Shown here in pieces: positions 16,801 through 20,000 of a stretch of 20,000 nucleotides of DNA (position 1 is the first letter of the stretch; each line of letters opens with the position of its first letter). The translations under genes were made by a program, and so were the position numbers. The notes beneath the pieces are model-generated. The model had not been told where the DNA came from. It worked only from the letters and a program-made list of their open reading frames with translations, and ran no database searches. Source of the stretch: an uncultured virus (IMG/VR IMGVR_UViG_3300031758_000060) (lineage: Duplodnaviria > Heunggongvirae > Uroviricota > Caudoviricetes); IMG/VR virus record IMGVR_UViG_3300031758_000060. One strand, given 5' to 3'.

Positions 16801-17183
16801 TACGCGCCACCCCCAACAGGCTTCACTTCCACCGCCGTCTTGGCCGGCTTGATCTCGATGGGCAGGAGGGCGTAGAGGGCGGGGTCGTTGTCCCGCAGCC
16901 ACTTGACTCCCTTCTCGTCGAGTTCCGGCTTCATCTTGACCGGGTGCAGGTTGGCCGGGATCGAACCCTTGACCTGATCCCACTTGTCCCAGTCCATCTT
17001 CCGGATCACCTTGCCGGTGACGGCCACCTTGAAAGCGCCGGCCTCGTGGGTCTGGGCGCCTTCGTCGCGTTTGCCGGTGAGGCCAACGATCATGTCCTCG
17101 ATGGCCACGCGCAGGGCCGCGGCCTTGCGCTCAGATTCCTTGGCCGCGAGCCAGTCTTGGCAGAGTGCTTCAAGGGTGTTCAT
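16800..17183 (-). CDS. Conserved phage early protein with N-terminal coiled coil (127 aa), loosely Gam-like
   Basis: AAGGAG RBS and WLAAKESERKAAALRVAIED...KPELD...KPAK. Its position ahead of the Sak4/SSB genes is typical. Confidence 0.75.
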   Translation of the reverse strand: MNTLEALCQDWLAAKESERKAAALRVAIEDMIVGLTGKRDEGAQTHEAGAFKVAVTGKVIRKMDWDKWDQVKGSIPANLHPVKMKPELDEKGVKWLRDNDPALYALLPIEIKPAKTAVEVKPVGGGA

Positions 17184-17328
17184 GTGCGGGCTCCTTGGCC
17201 TTGCTGGGGGGAATCCACCCGTACTTGGCCCAGGTGCGGGCGACGTCCGTGGCCGCCGCGGGCACGTAGTTGAATCGGCTGTCTGTCAGCCGATATGGCG
17301 GCATTGCTGTTTTGGGTTTTCGCTTCAT
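17170..17328 (-). CDS. Small basic first gene of the left operon (52 aa)
   Basis: FNYVPAAATDVARTWAKYGWIPPS. It lies directly downstream of the PL-like promoter but has no clear RBS. Confidence 0.6.
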   Translation of the reverse strand: MKRKPKTAMPPYRLTDSRFNYVPAAATDVARTWAKYGWIPPSKAKEPAHEHP

Positions 17329-17342
17329 CGGGTACTTCGGTA

Positions 17343-17385
17343 GTGAGGGGGACTCGACTGTATTCTTGGGTCGAGAAAAACTCAA
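17343..17385 (-). promoter_or_regulatory. PL-like sigma70 promoter with two operators
   Basis: Minus strand reads TTGAGT (17385-17380), a 17-bp spacer, then TACAGT (17362-17357). Operators are TCGAG-AAAAA-CTCAA (17371-17385) and GTGAG-GGGGA-CTCGA (17343-17357, one mismatch). Confidence 0.75.
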
Positions 17386-17417
17386 CCCCCCACCCGTAGA
17401 GTTGCGCATCCGCAACA

Positions 17418-18038
17418 TCAGATCAAAGAGCGCCTGACGGTGACCTCGGTGACGCGCCCGATGATGCGCACACCCTCCTGCAGGCGCACGGTGGGCCAGC
17501 GCGCATCGTCGGCCACGAGCAACTGATTCCCGCCGTCGGTGACCAGTCGGCGCATGACGGGTTCCCCGGCCCTGGAGACGGCCGCGAACACGATGGAGTT
17601 CGGCGGTGTAGGGTGCGACTTGGACACCACAGCGTAGGCCCCCGACGGGCACGCGCTGGTGAGCGCATCGCTGGCCACAAGCACGCCGGCCGCTGTGTGG
17701 GGCGGATAGGCGATCGCCGTCTGCAGCAGTTCGGTAACCGCCTCCCAGCGCCACTTCAAGAGGGAAGAGGCCGGCACCACGGGCACAGTCCACAGCGGCG
17801 GGCCGGTGCGCTTGACCTTGGAGGGTGGCATTACATCCACGCCCAGCAGCCAGTCGGTGGACACGCCGAACCACTCGGACAAGCGCGCCAGTTCCCCGGG
17901 CCGCGGCTCGGTCTTGCACTTCTCCCACAAGTTGATTGCCGAGGGCGACAAACCCATCCGCTTGGCGACGTCACGCTGCGTGGGCGTGGGGTACAGCGCG
18001 AGCCGTGCCGCTCTGATGCGTTGACCTACGTAAGACAT
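17418..18038 (-). CDS. cI: CI-like repressor: XRE HTH plus degenerate S24 peptidase-like domain (206 aa)
   Basis: GQRIRAAR...TQRDVAKRMGLSPSAINLWEK...VSTDWLLG, with an S24-shaped C-terminus ending IIGRV. It has a GGAGG RBS and is divergent from cro. Confidence 0.88.
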   Translation of the reverse strand: MSYVGQRIRAARLALYPTPTQRDVAKRMGLSPSAINLWEKCKTEPRPGELARLSEWFGVSTDWLLGVDVMPPSKVKRTGPPLWTVPVVPASSLLKWRWEAVTELLQTAIAYPPHTAAGVLVASDALTSACPSGAYAVVSKSHPTPPNSIVFAAVSRAGEPVMRRLVTDGGNQLLVADDARWPTVRLQEGVRIIGRVTEVTVRRSLI

Positions 18039-18059
18039 AGATGCCTCCAGGCATAGGTA

Positions 18060-18149
18060 CAAACCCTAGACCATAGGGTATCGAGATTGACTCGATCTTG
18101 TAAAGTCCTATGATCCAGTCTAGAGTTGAGTTTTCCTCAAGCATTGAGT
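18060..18149. promoter_or_regulatory. Divergent cI/cro control region (PR/PRM-like promoters and operators)
   Basis: Plus strand reads TTGACT (18087-18092), a 16-bp spacer, then TATGAT (18109-18114). Operators are TCGAG-ATTGA-CTCGA (18081-18095) and TTGAG-TTTTC-CTCAA (18126-18140). An extra palindrome ACCCTA-GACCA-TAGGGT lies at 18063-18079. Confidence 0.78.
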
Positions 18150-18401
18150 ATGAGCAAAGACAGTCCAATCGGGTTCACGGTTGATGGCGTGCTGGCTGCG
18201 GCCGGTGGCCATGCAGCGGTGGCCAATGCCTGCGGGGTGACCGTGCAGGCCGTGGCCAAGTGGGGGCGGCGAGTCCCGGATCGTCACGCGCAGATCGTTG
18301 CGGTGATGGCCGGCTTGCCGCTGGAGATCGTGCGGCCAGACCTCGTGCGCGCAGGCCACGAGCAGGCTGCAAGATGGGCAAAAGGGAGACGAAGGAAATG
18401 A
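18150..18401 (+). CDS. cro: Cro-like HTH protein, YdaS-type (83 aa)
   Basis: AAGGHAAVANACGVTVQAVAKW...VP...RPDL, divergent from cI. Confidence 0.85.
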   Translation: MSKDSPIGFTVDGVLAAAGGHAAVANACGVTVQAVAKWGRRVPDRHAQIVAVMAGLPLEIVRPDLVRAGHEQAARWAKGRRRK

Positions 18402-18502
18402 CCTACGTTGCGGTGTTTGTGCTGGGGGCCTGGGTGGGCGTCTTGGTGATGTGCTTGATGTTCGTGGCAAAGGACGGAGACCAAGAGGGCTACCGTGAAT
18501 GA
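18398..18502 (+). CDS. Small single-TM protein (34 aa)
   Basis: MTYVAVFVLGAWVGVLVMCLMFVAK, with ATGA overlaps at both ends. Confidence 0.65.
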   Translation: MTYVAVFVLGAWVGVLVMCLMFVAKDGDQEGYRE

Positions 18503-18744
18503 AGTGCCCGCACTGTCACAAGGAGTCCAAGGGACGGGTGATCTCGTCGCGGCGCCTGGATGCGGACGTCTGGCGCATCCGCCTGTGCGGCATCTGCACC
18601 AAGCAGTTCGTCTCACGCGAGACGACATCCATGGACTTGAAGTTTCCATGGGACGAGATACAGAAACGACGTCGGGCCGTCGCGCCCGAGGAAAAGCCCG
18701 TCCAGAAAGAGAACCGGTGGGTGTTCCCCGACAAGTTGTGGTGA
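18499..18744 (+). CDS. NrdR-like zinc-ribbon protein lacking an ATP-cone (81 aa)
   Basis: MKCPHC...RVISSR...WRIRLCGICTKQFVSRE parallels the NrdR N-terminal pattern MxCPxC...VxDSR...RRRxCxxC..RFxTxE. Confidence 0.72.
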   Translation: MKCPHCHKESKGRVISSRRLDADVWRIRLCGICTKQFVSRETTSMDLKFPWDEIQKRRRAVAPEEKPVQKENRWVFPDKLW

Positions 18745-18848
18745 AGCCATGGCCCTTCCTTTACTCCTACCAGGGAGACGGAAGAGTCGTTGTCAATCGA
18801 GCAAAACGCGGGCCCAGGTGCCCAGAAGTAGGAGAAGCACTGTGGTGA
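18741..18848 (+). CDS. Tiny hypothetical protein (35 aa, GTG start, MKPWPFLY...EALW)
   Basis: GTGA overlaps with both neighbours and fills the gap exactly. Confidence 0.55.
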   Translation: MKPWPFLYSYQGDGRVVVNRAKRGPRCPEVGEALW

Positions 18849-19024
18849 AGAAGTTACCCAAGGGCCTTGACCAGCAGGGCCGCTACCCAGAGGCCGCGCA
18901 CGCGGCGACCGAGATCGACAGCCTGGAGCGCGAAATCCAGAGCGGCGTGCGAGATGCCGTGGTCGCCGTCTGTGTGGCCGCTGTGGCGATGGGCACCGGG
19001 TTGTTGGTGGCGTGGCTGTTATGA
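18845..19024 (+). CDS. Small protein with C-terminal TM helix (59 aa, GTG start)
   Basis: GTGA/ATGA coupling, AGGAG upstream, and hydrophobic AVVAVCVAAVAMGTGLLVAWLL. Confidence 0.65.
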   Translation: MKKLPKGLDQQGRYPEAAHAATEIDSLEREIQSGVRDAVVAVCVAAVAMGTGLLVAWLL

Positions 19025-19422
19025 GGAGCAGAGAGGAATGGGGCGCGGTATCCACCGAGATCCTGCGGCTGCTGACCGACTACGGCCCGATGACGCGATC
19101 CGAGATCTGCGCGCACCTCGGGCGCGATAAGGAAGAGATCGCGTCGTGCGTGTCCCGGATGGCGCGCAATTCTCCACGGGCCGGCAAGCGCATTCACGTC
19201 ATCGAGTACGTCTACGACATGGAGGGCGAGCGCCGATACCCGCGAGCCGTCTACGCGCTGGGCGACCGCCAAGACAAGCCCAAGCCCGCACCGGACCCGC
19301 TGGAGGTCAAGCGCCGGTACTGGGCCCGGCGCAAGGTCCGGCTGATGGCCAACAGCGTGTTTCACCTGGGCATGACCAGAGGTCAACTGGATGCCTACAT
19401 CAGAGAAAGGAAAGCGACATGA
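19021..19422 (+). CDS. Winged-helix DNA-binding-like protein (133 aa)
   Basis: EILRLLTDYGPMTRSEICAHLGRDKEEIASCVSRM...IHVIEY...AVYALG, with ATGA coupling. Confidence 0.75.
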   Translation: MRSREEWGAVSTEILRLLTDYGPMTRSEICAHLGRDKEEIASCVSRMARNSPRAGKRIHVIEYVYDMEGERRYPRAVYALGDRQDKPKPAPDPLEVKRRYWARRKVRLMANSVFHLGMTRGQLDAYIRERKAT

Positions 19423-19598
19423 TCTGGAACCTGAAACAGTTGATTGCCCACTGCGAAGTGGTACTCACCCGGCAGACCGGTGACGGGCCCTGGATCCCCG
19501 CCCGGCCGTGGGTGCCGTCACTCTTGTGGCGCTGCCGCGCTGCGTGGCTGGTGCTTCGCGGCAAGGCCGATGCGGTGGTGTGGCCTGGGGGGCAGTGA
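19419..19598 (+). CDS. Hypothetical phage protein (59 aa)
   Basis: AAGGA RBS, ATGA overlap, and WIPARP...AAWLVLRGKADAVVW. Confidence 0.7.
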   Translation: MIWNLKQLIAHCEVVLTRQTGDGPWIPARPWVPSLLWRCRAAWLVLRGKADAVVWPGGQ

Positions 19599-19631
19599 AG
19601 CAGCAGCAGCAGAAATCGGAAAGGAGATGAA

Positions 19632-19751
19632 ATGAAGTACGAAGGACAGGGCCTTGAGCGGCTCTTTCGCGCCCTGTGGGTGCTCTCCGCCATCGGCGCG
19701 GTGTCGCTGGGTGGCTTGAGTCTGTATGTGCTGTGGAGGGTGTTTGCATGA
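19632..19751 (+). CDS. Small single-TM protein (39 aa; absent from the ORF track)
   Basis: AAGGAG RBS, MKYEGQGLERLFRALWVLSAIGAVSLGGLSLYVLWRVFA, and ATGA overlap with the next gene. Confidence 0.65.
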   Translation: MKYEGQGLERLFRALWVLSAIGAVSLGGLSLYVLWRVFA

Positions 19752-20000
19752 CTGACCTGATCACCCTTCCCCGCGCCGTGGTGCAGCAGGCTCTCCATGT
19801 GGCAACGGCGGCCGGGTATCCGGTGGCGCTGATTGCCGCCCTCAAGGCCGCGCTGGAGCAGCCGGAGCAGCAGGAGCCGGTGGCGTGGCGCACATTTGAC
19901 GGTGAGGGAGGATATGACTACCGCACTTACGACGACAACGAGAACTATCGTAATGAATGGGACAAGCGCAACCCAAACCATAAAGGCTGGGTGGAGCCCC
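19748..20000 (+). CDS. Hypothetical early protein with EPVAW motif, 3'-truncated
   Basis: GGAGG RBS. MTDLITLPRAVVQQAL...AALEQPEQQEPVAW stays open to the window end. Confidence 0.75.
   Translation, partial: MTDLITLPRAVVQQALHVATAAGYPVALIAALKAALEQPEQQEPVAWRTFDGEGGYDYRTYDDNENYRNEWDKRNPNHKGWVEP

Noticed and set aside
17401..17416. Hairpin GTTGCG-CATC-CGCAAC after the cI stop as an intrinsic terminator
   Set aside because: The stem is short and has no U-tract, so support is insufficient.
19595..19630. (CAG)4 repeat and an 11-codon mini-ORF
   Set aside because: Too short to distinguish from chance or a gene remnant.

Overview
This window is part of a high-GC temperate phage genome, probably infecting a Betaproteobacterium (inferred from the tRNA sequence and gene families). 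It is in the non-integrated (attP) configuration. From left to right it contains: (1) the 3' 7 kb of a giant polyvalent, DarB-like protein with a strawberry-notch-type helicase C domain, an HExxH peptidase and a PLxRFG domain; (2) a small convergent ORF; (3) an attP carrying the 3' half of tRNA-Arg(ACG), with arm-type and IHF-like repeats; (4) a tyrosine integrase and excisionase; (5) a long leftward early operon (PAPS-reductase-like protein, SF2 helicase, two freestanding endonucleases, MazG-like protein, Cas4-like nuclease, Gp49-family protein, DUF669 SSB, Sak4-like ATPase); (6) a cI/cro switch; and (7) small rightward early genes. The main observations are a CI repressor whose self-cleavage domain looks catalytically dead, a TYGAG-N5-CTCRA operator found five times including one distal copy inside the left operon, and low-GC recoded Walker A tracts next to both endonucleases. 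Also notable are a multi-hairpin intergenic RNA element, a small protein ending in an SSB-tail mimic, and a 70-aa foreign-looking in-frame insert in the giant protein. All family calls are by-eye motif recognition; no searches were run.
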